A stretch of 64,000 nt of DNA, taken from NCBI GenBank assembly GCA_964459995.1, contig CAYWOR010000001.1, positions 145,328 through 209,327 on the forward strand, given 5' to 3'. Positions 10,501 to 19,352 of this stretch are shown piece after piece (position 1 is the first letter of the stretch; each line of letters begins with the position of its first letter). The translations under genes and the position numbers were made by a program. This DNA is from an uncultured bacterium (GTDB lineage Bacteria > UBP14 > UBA6098). The notes under the pieces were generated by a model. The model worked only from the letters and a program-made list of their open reading frames with translations. It did no database searches and was not told the origin of the DNA.

Positions 10501-12364
10501 TGGATATCGCACTTGGGACACGACCTTCACGGTCGGTCTTACCGATGTCAACATAAACTTCAACCTGACCGAAACGACGGTTTTGGTTACAGGAATGGCA
10601 AGACTTAACAGCGTTCCTTCGCCTGGTATTACCATTAACGGATCAGCGGTTGCAACGCCGACGACGTCAATCGCCGACGGTTCTTACTCTGTGACAGCAA
10701 ATATCGGCGGTGGAAACATCTGTGCAAGCTATCCCGGTTACGAGACAGTTTGTCAGTTTGTTACCGTTCCTGAAACAGGTTTGACCGGTGTTGATTTCAA
10801 TCTTCTACCGTTGCCGGTGGATGTTATTGTCTCGGTCGATCTCGGTTGCGAAACCGTCAACATGTCGGGTGCTTCCGTTACGATGTCCGGTGTTGGAACA
10901 GAAATTACCCCCGCCAGCGGCAATGTCAGATTCGATGATGTCGCCCACGGATGGTATAATTTCACCGTTTCCGCTCCGTATCATGCAACGGTTGTTGTCG
11001 AAAGCGTCTATGTCAGCGCTGACACCACGATTAACGTTGCTCTCTGCTGTCTCGACGCCGTCGAAGATTTCGACGCTGATCCGGACAGTGTTGCACGCCC
11101 GACTGCCGATCCGCTGACCATTGCGCTCAGCTGGACCGAAGCCGGAACTTCCTGCTGTGATCCGGATTCTTATCTGGTTTACAGGTCGTTGGCACCGTTC
11201 ATTAGCACCACTGCCCCCGGCGTTACGAGAGTCGCTTCGGTTCCCTTCGGAACCACGACCTATGTCGATGCGACAGTTGCCGATGGCGTTCGTTACTACT
11301 ACGATATCGTCGTAGTCTATGGTTGCCCGAGCAATTATTCGAGACTTGCCGGCAATGTTAACGCGGCAAGCGCTTATACACCCGACCCGGCCGATTATCT
11401 GGTTATCGACTGGGACAACGGTGCGACCCCAACCAACGGCGGCACGATGGGTGTCGGCGAATGGTGGGTTAATATGCTCGGTTCCAGTGCGCTCGGTCTT
11501 TCGGCTGTTGTCAGAACAACCGACGATTCGCATAGCGATCCGCTTGCGGGCTATAACCTCAATGACTATGACTTGGTCGTTCTCGCGCTCGGTATCAACG
11601 ATGCGGACAACACCGTTCTTCCTACTGCGGCTGTTGCCAAGCTCGAAGCTTACAGAGCGATTAGCGGCAAAAAGATGATCATCGAAGGTCCCGATTTCGG
11701 TGCCGATTACAACGCAACCACTTTCTTCGGCAACCTCGGCCTTGCCTTCGTTCATGACGGCGCGGCTGACTTCAACGTCGATTGGTTCTATGCCACTCCG
11801 ACTTTGACGAATGCATCCTTCCCGATCATCTTCGATTACAACGACAGTAGTTCTGCTGACCATTTCGTCGATATCCTTAATTCTCCGGGTGTCTTGACAA
11901 CGAATGTCGCCTGGGATCAGGATTCGGTCTATAGGACATTCTTCTACAATGGCCCTTGCCAGACCATCATCTCGACGATTTATCTCGGCGGTATCGTTAA
12001 TTCGAGCTATCCGTATGTGCAGTCGCGTGCGGCTTCCGGTTATCTCTGGAAGCTCGGAATCGCCAACACCGGCATTTATCAGGTCGAAACGAAGCTCCCG
12101 AGCGATTTCGCGCTCGCGGGCAACTATCCGAACCCCTTCAACCCGGTTACCACGATCGAATTCCAGCTCCCGAGAGATTCTCATGTGGACGTTTCGATCT
12201 ATGACATCACCGGCAAGAGGGTTGAGACTCTGGTCGATGAAAGGCTCGAAGGCGGCGTTTACAAGGTCGCTTGGAACGCCAACAACATGCCCAGCGGTGT
12301 TTACTTCGCTCGCATGACCGCAGGTGAGTTCTCCGCAACTCACAAGGTTATGCTCGTCAAGTAA
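7598..12364 (+). CDS. Large modular secreted protein: 3 GxDGYD modules, Ig-like (Big-like) domains, carboxypeptidase-regulatory-like repeats, Fn3, alpha/beta domain, T9SS-type CTD
   Basis: Signal peptide MSRGKITLVVALALASMVLA-Q. RBS AAAGGGG. C-terminus FALAGNYPNPFNP...PSGVYFARM...HKVMLVK. Confidence 0.85.
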   Translation: MSRGKITLVVALALASMVLAQSWSFTFQVEPVPGQTHDLEIAMTAGATAGYDAFLDVPYFTPPDGRGVFFPLNDPLNPAYTKLQKDVRGIALGSYTYWIAMDEGYWGLDDRMVRWDIDNLPDPDISGNLWIAPIVYGTDPATLDEALWIPMNTVEEFGFGPTQEAAFRFMPSAMVDTIAPYVTGFDPVPGEAGVSTAKNVRFDVKDANRGVDPATIDVWVTVGGGTPAHLGPSDMILDPIVGGYRVTIPPVGGAWPESTIINYTVNACDLASPANCMDVDTSVSFFTRVIPPDMFPPYFETAYPANGATDVDVTSCVRIVIKDSESGVDSSTIIFQLNGTAIPHSDLNITELGVGSDWYRVEYCPTSDLNYGAIYNVNVYAEDFWGNDASITWSFVTEEADSLPEFVYNLQAISISGTDTARTNLYIGLDNLGTDGYDVGLDVPQFLFPGAPRGYFPLMDPSHPSVPALSRDIRSTSHGIKTWTVDMYSPVGTLKLTWDRLLLPPIGMFSFAVVDSGSTPSAWTSMSTYGEVSFTSSQQVLIRFLPTLVDPNPPVVTNVSMEGSGPGGVGYDPATPLCFSVVDYESGVDISSVAISIDYVDIDLAEFATTPLSNGYRFCYTPSPMWSPNTTYRVEVQAADNAIPANEIDPPYVWNFSTGPAGCAPLFELPLTFTWGAGADENETIIFGTHEGASPGYDAGLDQIQPPPITAAGFFFTCGDAAPADKLIKDLRNPCDRPNIWQASKRNLLTSPNVTVTWPTSPVFADTSWHIYYKVLGLGVTPPTAVDSTWTRMNVGDEIVYNANSNYLYVGLGYIGTTIEVFNIEGDVAIAGAPDNSGIRVYLNGGTFRTTNAAGEYSFANIPLGTYNLTFWDPAGEYCAHPDMDSIVVVTGTVPDATIDVPTYHMLPCGSRRVYGVGSVAGTPTQWINVKLTNLGDLSESTIPTNASGAYQFLGVVPGDYMLTASYSGYRTWDTTFTVGLTDVNINFNLTETTVLVTGMARLNSVPSPGITINGSAVATPTTSIADGSYSVTANIGGGNICASYPGYETVCQFVTVPETGLTGVDFNLLPLPVDVIVSVDLGCETVNMSGASVTMSGVGTEITPASGNVRFDDVAHGWYNFTVSAPYHATVVVESVYVSADTTINVALCCLDAVEDFDADPDSVARPTADPLTIALSWTEAGTSCCDPDSYLVYRSLAPFISTTAPGVTRVASVPFGTTTYVDATVADGVRYYYDIVVVYGCPSNYSRLAGNVNAASAYTPDPADYLVIDWDNGATPTNGGTMGVGEWWVNMLGSSALGLSAVVRTTDDSHSDPLAGYNLNDYDLVVLALGINDADNTVLPTAAVAKLEAYRAISGKKMIIEGPDFGADYNATTFFGNLGLAFVHDGAADFNVDWFYATPTLTNASFPIIFDYNDSSSADHFVDILNSPGVLTTNVAWDQDSVYRTFFYNGPCQTIISTIYLGGIVNSSYPYVQSRAASGYLWKLGIANTGIYQVETKLPSDFALAGNYPNPFNPVTTIEFQLPRDSHVDVSIYDITGKRVETLVDERLEGGVYKVAWNANNMPSGVYFARMTAGEFSATHKVMLVK

Positions 12365-12383
12365 GCCTGCAGTAATCTAATCA

Positions 12384-12414
12384 AAAAAACCCTCCGTTTT
12401 ACGGAGGGTTTTTT
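12384..12414 (+). terminator. Rho-independent terminator (bidirectional type)
   Basis: AAAAAACCCTCCGT-TTT-ACGGAGGGTTTTTT. Confidence 0.85.
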
Positions 12415-12433
12415 GTTTTGCTCGAAAATGAGC

Positions 12434-12462
12434 TTGCGGAATTTATTATCGTATTGTATTTT
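12434..12462 (+). promoter_or_regulatory. Putative sigma70 promoter
   Basis: TTGCGG-17-TATTTT, about 30 nt upstream of ATG 12493. Confidence 0.45.
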
Positions 12463-12492
12463 ATTCTTCAACCTAATCATAGGCAGGTTCAA

Positions 12493-13659
12493 ATGGGATT
12501 TCAAGGGAATTTGGATAGCGTTAGTTTTGCGGATATTCTGCAGTTGCTCGCGATGGGCAAAAAAACCGGCACGCTCCATCTTGAGAAAAACGAAATCCGC
12601 AAAGAAGTCAGTTTCAAAAGCGGCTCTGTGATTTGGGCCTCGTCCAACGAAGAAAACGACCTTCTCGAAAATCAGCTACTCAAACAGGGACGAATCAGCA
12701 AAGAAGACCTCGCGAAGGCGAAGGAAATCATGCGCCTTACCGGTCGAGATTTTCCGAGCACCCTCGTTTTTTTAGGGATATTCAACAAAGAAGACGTTTC
12801 GGATATTGTGCTGAACCACGTCGAGTCGATAATATTTTCGATTTTCGCATGGAATGAGGGGCGCTTCGTTTTCAAAGACAACGAGCTGGCGGACTCTCTT
12901 CACATAATCAACGCGCTCAATACGATGAACATCCTCATGGAAGGCACGCGGCGTATCGACGAGTGGAGCAAAATCCGCGGTGCTTTGCCGACTGATAATA
13001 CTGTGATGCAAATAGTCCCTTCGGGGATGAAAGAAAAAGAGGAGATACGCCTCACACCGCTCGAAGTGCAGATTCTCAGCCTCGTTGACGGCGAAAGGTC
13101 TATCGAGGAGATTATGGAAAAATCCCCCCACGGCGAACTTGACACATCGCGGGGGCTTTATAGCCTCAAAATGGCCGGTATTATACGTAAAATCGGAGTG
13201 AAGGAAAGCCGAAAGGCAAGCATTTCAGAGAAGAAAGAGGTTCTTCAGATTCTCGTGAAAACCTACGCCGCTGTTCTCGATGTTATCCGCGAGGTTCTTA
13301 CGCAAAAATTGGGGAATGCGGGCGTAAAACGTGTCAGGAAAAGTTTCGAGGACATACAGAAAGACTATGATGTTCTTAAACACATAAACATATCGGCGGA
13401 GGGGACGCTCGATTTCGTCAACTTCCTAACCATGATTGATAAATTGCCCGAATCAAGCCGAATTAACGAGGTTTCCAGCGGCTTATCGGCATTTTTAGAA
13501 TTGATGCTCGATGCTGTGCAGTCGATTGTCGGGACGCGTCAGAAAAAGCAGGTTATCTCGCGCGCAATGGCAAAAACCGAAGATATAATGGCCGGCAAAA
13601 TCGAGCTTCTGAAAAAATATGGAGTCTATACCGATTTACATCGGGCTTTGAGAGAATAA
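12493..13659 (+). CDS. DUF4388 (PATAN-like) domain protein
   Basis: Starts MGFQGNLDSVSFADILQLLAMGKKTGTL and contains WNEGRFVF and LMEGTRRIDEW, typical of DUF4388. Start moved from 12418 to ATG 12493. Confidence 0.8.
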   Translation: MGFQGNLDSVSFADILQLLAMGKKTGTLHLEKNEIRKEVSFKSGSVIWASSNEENDLLENQLLKQGRISKEDLAKAKEIMRLTGRDFPSTLVFLGIFNKEDVSDIVLNHVESIIFSIFAWNEGRFVFKDNELADSLHIINALNTMNILMEGTRRIDEWSKIRGALPTDNTVMQIVPSGMKEKEEIRLTPLEVQILSLVDGERSIEEIMEKSPHGELDTSRGLYSLKMAGIIRKIGVKESRKASISEKKEVLQILVKTYAAVLDVIREVLTQKLGNAGVKRVRKSFEDIQKDYDVLKHINISAEGTLDFVNFLTMIDKLPESSRINEVSSGLSAFLELMLDAVQSIVGTRQKKQVISRAMAKTEDIMAGKIELLKKYGVYTDLHRALRE

Positions 13660-13673
13660 ATCGAGGAGGATAT

Positions 13674-14045
13674 ATGAGAAACTGGTTCAAAGGGATTGCT
13701 TTCGCTGTTTTTGTTCTATCGGGGTCATGTTTTGCGCAAATCGAGGCCTCAGCCGGCAGAGGAGAGAGTTTTCAGATAGTCGTAGATATTGTGGCAGTAT
13801 TATTCCTTCTGCTTGGGGTCTATCTCGCGCTGGATCTAAATAAAATTATGAAGGGCGGCGAGCTCGCGATGAGCTGGGGATGGCTGTCCGGCGCGGTTAT
13901 TGTTTTCGCGTTGATAAAAGTAATCGAGGTCGGCGCTATGGCGGAATTCTGGATTGTGCCCCAATTGCTTCTTTCTTTGGGACATCTATTCACCGCTCTG
14001 TTCCTGCTATTGGGCTATTTCCGACAGAAAAAGATACTCAGCTAA
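13674..14045 (+). CDS. Small membrane protein (signal-like N-terminus plus about 3 TM helices)
   Basis: Strong RBS GAGGAGG and hydrophobic segments. Confidence 0.75.
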   Translation: MRNWFKGIAFAVFVLSGSCFAQIEASAGRGESFQIVVDIVAVLFLLLGVYLALDLNKIMKGGELAMSWGWLSGAVIVFALIKVIEVGAMAEFWIVPQLLLSLGHLFTALFLLLGYFRQKKILS

Positions 14046-14072
14046 CACGATTGTTGTCAGAATTAAAAAAAG

Positions 14073-14101
14073 AAAGGCGGCTCGAATCGAACCGCCTTTT
14101 T
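14073..14101. terminator. Bidirectional terminator between convergent genes
   Basis: AAAGGCGG-CTCGAATCGAA-CCGCCTTTTT with an A-tract upstream. Confidence 0.75.
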
Positions 14102-14104
14102 CAT

Positions 14105-15997
14105 TTATATCTGTGCGACGACTGCTGTAGGGGGCGACACATCCTTAATAAAGGACGTGATTATCGCGATTAGATGATGCGAGGGATAGGTGCCGCGAAT
14201 CGCCAAATCGACGCCCCGAACCTCCTCCTTGATTTTTTCCTGCGGGTCGAGAAGGATAAACTTCGCGTCGCCTTTGACATTCGAGAGCATCCGAAGGCCG
14301 GCTACATCCATATATTCAAGTCCGGCCTGAACGATGATAATTTGTGGTGTTATGCGTTTTGCGGCATGGATAAAATCGCTGATGTTGTCATAGGGCACAA
14401 CCGCAAAACCATGCTGGGTGAGCATCGATTGGAGAAAGCCGAGGCTCTTTTTCGGTGCGACAAGCATGACATCCGGGTTCTCCGAGTTTTCGATGAGGTT
14501 TTTGCTCTCGCGGATTCTCGGCAAGGTTATTTTCACTAATGTGCCCTTCGCGTTGGGTTCGATATCGATCTTGCCGCCGTGCGTTTCGATGATACCCTTT
14601 GCGACAGTAAGGCCAAGACCTTTATGCGTCGATTTTTTTGTGGTGAAAAATGGTTTAGTAATAAAAGGTATAACCTCGGGCGGAATTCCTGTGCCATTGT
14701 CGAGGATTTCGATGTAGTTCCATTGTGTATCGAAACTTGTTGTAATCTCGATTTTGCCGGTTTCCTCAATCGCTTCGTATGAGTTGACACAAATATTGAC
14801 CACCGCCTCGACCATTTGGTCTTTCGAGGCTATAGTGGTGCCGATTTGATTAGTGTTCAACACCCATTCGATTTCTTTTCGCCTTCGATTAGTTTTTATC
14901 AAACCAACGGCGTCCGAGAGAAGTTTGCGTATTGGCAAAGGCTCCGGGGCACTCGAAGAACGATACCAATCCACGGTTGTCAGAGCATCGAGAATTTCCT
15001 GTCCCTGAGCGAGTTTTTTGTTGATCTCGAACAGTTCCTCCTCGAGTTCCGGCGTTTCGAGGGTCTCGATTAATATTCGGCAACTGTCGAGCGCTTTCGA
15101 AAGACAGATGAAGAACTCGTCGATAAGCCCCATAGTGCGTGCATTGAGAATGTTGAATTCCTCGGCGCGGGTTTCTTCTATTTGCTTTTTTGTCGCCTTC
15201 AAAAGAAGGTCGATGAGCCGATTGGTCATCCTTCCGGACTGAGCGCTTTCTTTGTGGGCTATCTGCACAGTGGCGTCGCGAAGAATCTCGCGTTCGCCCT
15301 CGATGATAACGTCTTGGATTGTGTTAGAAATCGCCTCCGGGCTTAATCCTGCGGTTACCAAGGTTAGCATCGGTTCAAGCTTAACCGGCCCTATCGAGCT
15401 TCCCAATCCTCCGGGGACATTTACCATAATCGGAATCGGCGGCCCTATCTCGTTGCGTTCCATAAGACCCTGCGCGAGACTTAGATCGACGAAAATAAGC
15501 GCAATCTCGTCGCGATTATAGTGCAGATGCTCTTCGAGACGCGTCCTATCGAGCGCTCTTTTTACCTCATAACCTTTGTCGATGAGTCGCGAGGCGACTT
15601 GCGATGTCATACGGTCATCAGAGGTTGCGAGGATGATTAGCCGCTGTTTGTCGCCCTCGAGGATTGGAATCATCTTCTCAGTGATGCTTCGCACCGATGG
15701 CGGCGATTGCAGAACCTGCACCGGCAGAGTATATTCCCAAGCAGAGGGCGGCTTGCCGATGGGTGCCCAAACAAATATCGGCAGACGTTTGATCTTTATC
15801 AGATCGATTGCTGATGTGGCGAGTGTTTCGTCGATTTCCGGATCGACGACGATGCAAGCCGCGTGCTCATGCTCCTCCGGCAAACTCTCTGGCTTGTTGA
15901 CGATGAGGATTTCATATCTTTCGCCGAGAGCTTCTGTGAGCCTTTTGATTCGCGTTTTGTCTTTGTCGAAAACATAGATGATCTCTGTATGCTTCAT
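14105..15997 (-). CDS. Cytoplasmic hybrid histidine-kinase-like protein (REC-like x2, HATPase_c, C-terminal pseudo-REC) with a degenerate H-box
   Basis: N box VVNICVNSYEA, G1 DNGTGI, F box PFFTTK, G2 GLGL...HGGKI. The H-box reads MGLIDEFFICL. Confidence 0.8.
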   Translation of the reverse strand: MKHTEIIYVFDKDKTRIKRLTEALGERYEILIVNKPESLPEEHEHAACIVVDPEIDETLATSAIDLIKIKRLPIFVWAPIGKPPSAWEYTLPVQVLQSPPSVRSITEKMIPILEGDKQRLIILATSDDRMTSQVASRLIDKGYEVKRALDRTRLEEHLHYNRDEIALIFVDLSLAQGLMERNEIGPPIPIMVNVPGGLGSSIGPVKLEPMLTLVTAGLSPEAISNTIQDVIIEGEREILRDATVQIAHKESAQSGRMTNRLIDLLLKATKKQIEETRAEEFNILNARTMGLIDEFFICLSKALDSCRILIETLETPELEEELFEINKKLAQGQEILDALTTVDWYRSSSAPEPLPIRKLLSDAVGLIKTNRRRKEIEWVLNTNQIGTTIASKDQMVEAVVNICVNSYEAIEETGKIEITTSFDTQWNYIEILDNGTGIPPEVIPFITKPFFTTKKSTHKGLGLTVAKGIIETHGGKIDIEPNAKGTLVKITLPRIRESKNLIENSENPDVMLVAPKKSLGFLQSMLTQHGFAVVPYDNISDFIHAAKRITPQIIIVQAGLEYMDVAGLRMLSNVKGDAKFILLDPQEKIKEEVRGVDLAIRGTYPSHHLIAIITSFIKDVSPPTAVVAQI

Positions 15998-16033
15998 TAT
16001 AAATGCCCCTAAGCATTTGCGGTTTTCCGCGAA

Positions 16034-16486
16034 TTACTTTACTATGATGACCGGAACTTGTGCCTCACGAACCACCTTATCCGAGGTCGATCCCAGAAGA
16101 ACCTCCGCCAGAAGCCCCTTGCCGGTCGATCCCATAACGATAGCATCGACCTTCTCCTTTTCGGCGATTCTAAGTATCTCTTTGAACGGAATTCCGTTTA
16201 CTAAGCGCTCCTCGACCCTAAAACCGAGATCGCTGAGTTCCTTCGTAATGGCTTCGAGTTTCTCCTCGGCTTTTTTACGAAGCTCCGCGTTGATTTCTTC
16301 GAGAATGCTCGTGTATTGAATCGAAGAGAATCCCTCCATCTCGGCCATAGTGTTAACCTCGCGGATATCGATGCAATGGACGAGATAGACGATACTCGCC
16401 CCTGCCTCGCGAAGTTTTTTTACCATTCCGAGCGCGTGGCTGGATTTCTTCGAAAAGTCTGTCGGATAAAGGATTTTTGTGAACAT
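16034..16486 (-). CDS. Universal stress protein (UspA family)
   Basis: MFTKILYPTDFS...DAIVMGSTG...LLGSTSDKVVREAQVPVIIV. Confidence 0.92.
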   Translation of the reverse strand: MFTKILYPTDFSKKSSHALGMVKKLREAGASIVYLVHCIDIREVNTMAEMEGFSSIQYTSILEEINAELRKKAEEKLEAITKELSDLGFRVEERLVNGIPFKEILRIAEKEKVDAIVMGSTGKGLLAEVLLGSTSDKVVREAQVPVIIVK

Positions 16487-16494
16487 GATAACCT

Positions 16495-17463
16495 CTATTT
16501 CATATAAACGACATTTTGAGTCTTTACGATTCCGCCGCTGACTGCCTTTACCAGATATGTTCCGGTCGGAAGGTCGTTCGATGGTGTGAACCGGACGAGA
16601 TGATAGCCCGTGAAAGCCGCCGTTTCCGCGATTTTCTCGATCATTCTGCCATTGACATCATAGATCGCTATCTCGATGGGGTTTCCATCGCCGGCAATGA
16701 GTATCGACATAGCCGAATTGAAAGGGTTCGGGAAACATCTCAGGCCGAAATCGCTCGGAACAACGACTCTCTCGGCAACATTTCCGGCATCGAGGTTGAA
16801 ATTGATAACCATATTTGCGCCACCGCCAACCACGAAAATCCCGTCGAGTTCATTGACATAGTGTGCATAAGGCTCTTGAAGGAAGCCGGTTGTATCGCAC
16901 ATGTTATTGCCGTTGAGATCGGACCAAACCAAAGCCGATTTCGCTCCCGAGGGGACGCTGTCAAGCTCGAAATCGAGCTCCTCAATTATCCAAGTGCCAT
17001 CGAGAACTGGGCCGCCGCCGAGTAACATGGGATATTGATCGAATATCCTCATCTTCAGGGAATCCGGGCTACCGCTATATATGATTGTGCCCTCCACGCC
17101 GCCATAGCGCGCGAGTTCGACATCGATACCGGAGATTGTTCCGCCGGAAATGCGGAAGGGGTTTCCGGGATACTGACCCGCAGGATCGCCGCTGGCAGGC
17201 GGAAGTCCCGAAGGGATGAGCGCCATAACATTGTAATCGTAGCCATCGAGGATGAACGGATCATCGAAGATGTAGTTGTAGTCCGGCGGAAATGCAAGCG
17301 TGTAGAAGAACGAGGTATCCATTAATGTCGTGAAATCGTGGAAAACGAAGACATAAGCCGTGTCCGTCGGTGTTCCGGGGACATTTAAAGTCCCCATTAT
17401 CATCCCCGCGAAAAGCCCGCTGGTCATAAGTGCGAGGATGATGATGATGTTGATTGTTCTCAT
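16495..17463 (-). CDS. Secreted protein with T9SS-type C-terminal sorting domain
   Basis: Start MRTINIIIILALMTSGLFA after RBS AAAGGAG. EF-hand-like DLNGNN. C-terminus CFPNPFNS...PTGTYLV...NVVYMK. Confidence 0.8.
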   Translation of the reverse strand: MRTINIIIILALMTSGLFAGMIMGTLNVPGTPTDTAYVFVFHDFTTLMDTSFFYTLAFPPDYNYIFDDPFILDGYDYNVMALIPSGLPPASGDPAGQYPGNPFRISGGTISGIDVELARYGGVEGTIIYSGSPDSLKMRIFDQYPMLLGGGPVLDGTWIIEELDFELDSVPSGAKSALVWSDLNGNNMCDTTGFLQEPYAHYVNELDGIFVVGGGANMVINFNLDAGNVAERVVVPSDFGLRCFPNPFNSAMSILIAGDGNPIEIAIYDVNGRMIEKIAETAAFTGYHLVRFTPSNDLPTGTYLVKAVSGGIVKTQNVVYMK

Positions 17464-17479
17464 ATTTTTTCTCCTTTCG

Positions 17480-19345
17480 TTATTCTCTAAGTTGGAAAAG
17501 CCCCTCTTCATCGAAGAGAAGCCAATAAGCCTCTCCGGGGAAGAATCTATCGCGAATTCTATAGCTTCCTGATGTTGTGGAACCTGCACGATCGTAATAA
17601 TAGAAAATTCTTCTTCCGATTGCGGTTTCGGGGATTTCGGAGATTGCAGTCGTGTCCGCACCGCCGTATTTTGAAAGCCCGCCGACGAATTCCCATCCGG
17701 GGCCGGCATTCATAAGTGTATACATATGAATCGGAATTCCTGTAACGGAATAGCTCCGTTCGTTGAGGACGAAAACGAAATAGCCCTTGCCCGGGGTCAG
17801 AATATCGGGGGCTATATAGTTGAGTAGGTCGGAATCCCACTCATAAACATACTCGGCACCCGGAAATGCGACATGCGGCGAAAGGCCGTCGTGGGGGATA
17901 ACCGGAAGACTGACAGCATTCCAGCCGGAATAAAGATGATAATATGCCGAGCTGTCGGCATGTTGAACGAGTGCGCGAATGTAATAATTCGTATCGGGCA
18001 CTTCGGTCCACGAGCCGCCGGGGGGAAGGTCCCAACCGTGGCCATACATCGACTGCCTTAGCGAGATTCCAAGCGAATGGTCAAGCTCGATTCCGAGATA
18101 AAAATCGCCGTCGAGAATAATCCGCTCCATTGCGACATTTATGCGCGCCCAGCCGGTGGAATTCAGCAGATAATCCCCGTAGCCGAGGATTTCGTCGCCA
18201 GGTTGACCGCGGTCGTCCAAGTAAATCTTCGGCGAACCGAACCCTGGATTGCTGATGTGGTAATCTATTGCGATGAGCCTACAACGTGTATCGACACGGA
18301 ATTTATTCGCGATAACCGCGCCGGGGTAAGACACCGCGGCCGACGGTGGAATTCCGTCGTCATAAAGCAACGTGTCGTAGATTAGAGTTCCGACGGCGTT
18401 ATATGCTGTTCCTGCGGCTGTATCCGATGGCGGACTGAGGAATGCACCGCTGTCGTATTCCGCGCGGACAGTGTAATAATAAGTGTTTCCAGGGGTAACG
18501 GCATAATCGTCGTAGGTAGTTTCGCTTGCGGGAACAATCGCGAGGGGCGAGAAAATCCCATGGTAGGTGCTGGCGCGATAGATTCTATAGGAATCCGGAC
18601 GTATCATCGAGGTCGCTTCGGTGGGACGCATACTCGGTTCCGGCGATGGATGATAGGAGCGCGAGAAGATTTCCGAAAAACCCGGCTCGTGAGGGATTTC
18701 ATAAACAGTTTTACCCGGTGAAATATACACAGTAGCTCGAGTGCGAGATTCCAAATACAGAACCTCCAGTCGGACGAGAAGATCGCCGGAAAGCTGACGC
18801 CAGCCATACATATAGTGATATTGATAAGACCTCGGCGAGCCGGGCGTTATCGAAGAATCCATTAGAATATACATCTGCGGAAGCGCATCGCCCTTGGAAA
18901 TTCGGACAAACAGCTCGTCATAAACGACGAGACCGGCGTCGCTAACATCGACATTGTTCCAGCCGACTGTAACGGGGGTGTATCTTGTCGGCAGAAGCAC
19001 ATTGCTGTAATCCGGCAGGCCGACATGGTTCACGCCATACATATTGATATTGACCGCACGTGAACCGAGCATAAGGAAAAGGTTGAACTGCACCGAAAGG
19101 ATGCTACACGGCTCGGCGGGGGAGAATTTCACGGCGCACATTCCGCTGTCGAGGTCTATCTCGCGCGAGCCTATGCCGTTATCGTATTTGATTGTGTCCG
19201 AGATGATTATCGGCGGGGGAGGCGTCCATTCGAGTCCGATATGGTCGGTGAAGAACGAATAGGCGACAAGCCCTGAAGGCGCCGGCCATTGTGCCATAAG
19301 GCCAACTGCCGCTAAAAGCATTACGGCGAGACAAATTCTTTTCAT
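17480..19345 (-). CDS. Secreted modular protein: interrupted Fn3, two YD(N/D)G beta-domains and a C-terminal GWN(L/A)(I/V)SLP module, with no CTD
   Basis: Signal peptide MKRICLAVMLLAAVGLMA-Q. Fn3 motifs SYRIYR...TYYYTVRAEY. C-terminal LYSGWNAVSLP...PGKGYFVF. Confidence 0.8.
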   Translation of the reverse strand: MKRICLAVMLLAAVGLMAQWPAPSGLVAYSFFTDHIGLEWTPPPPIIISDTIKYDNGIGSREIDLDSGMCAVKFSPAEPCSILSVQFNLFLMLGSRAVNINMYGVNHVGLPDYSNVLLPTRYTPVTVGWNNVDVSDAGLVVYDELFVRISKGDALPQMYILMDSSITPGSPRSYQYHYMYGWRQLSGDLLVRLEVLYLESRTRATVYISPGKTVYEIPHEPGFSEIFSRSYHPSPEPSMRPTEATSMIRPDSYRIYRASTYHGIFSPLAIVPASETTYDDYAVTPGNTYYYTVRAEYDSGAFLSPPSDTAAGTAYNAVGTLIYDTLLYDDGIPPSAAVSYPGAVIANKFRVDTRCRLIAIDYHISNPGFGSPKIYLDDRGQPGDEILGYGDYLLNSTGWARINVAMERIILDGDFYLGIELDHSLGISLRQSMYGHGWDLPPGGSWTEVPDTNYYIRALVQHADSSAYYHLYSGWNAVSLPVIPHDGLSPHVAFPGAEYVYEWDSDLLNYIAPDILTPGKGYFVFVLNERSYSVTGIPIHMYTLMNAGPGWEFVGGLSKYGGADTTAISEIPETAIGRRIFYYYDRAGSTTSGSYRIRDRFFPGEAYWLLFDEEGLFQLRE

Positions 19346-19352
19346 ATTGCTC

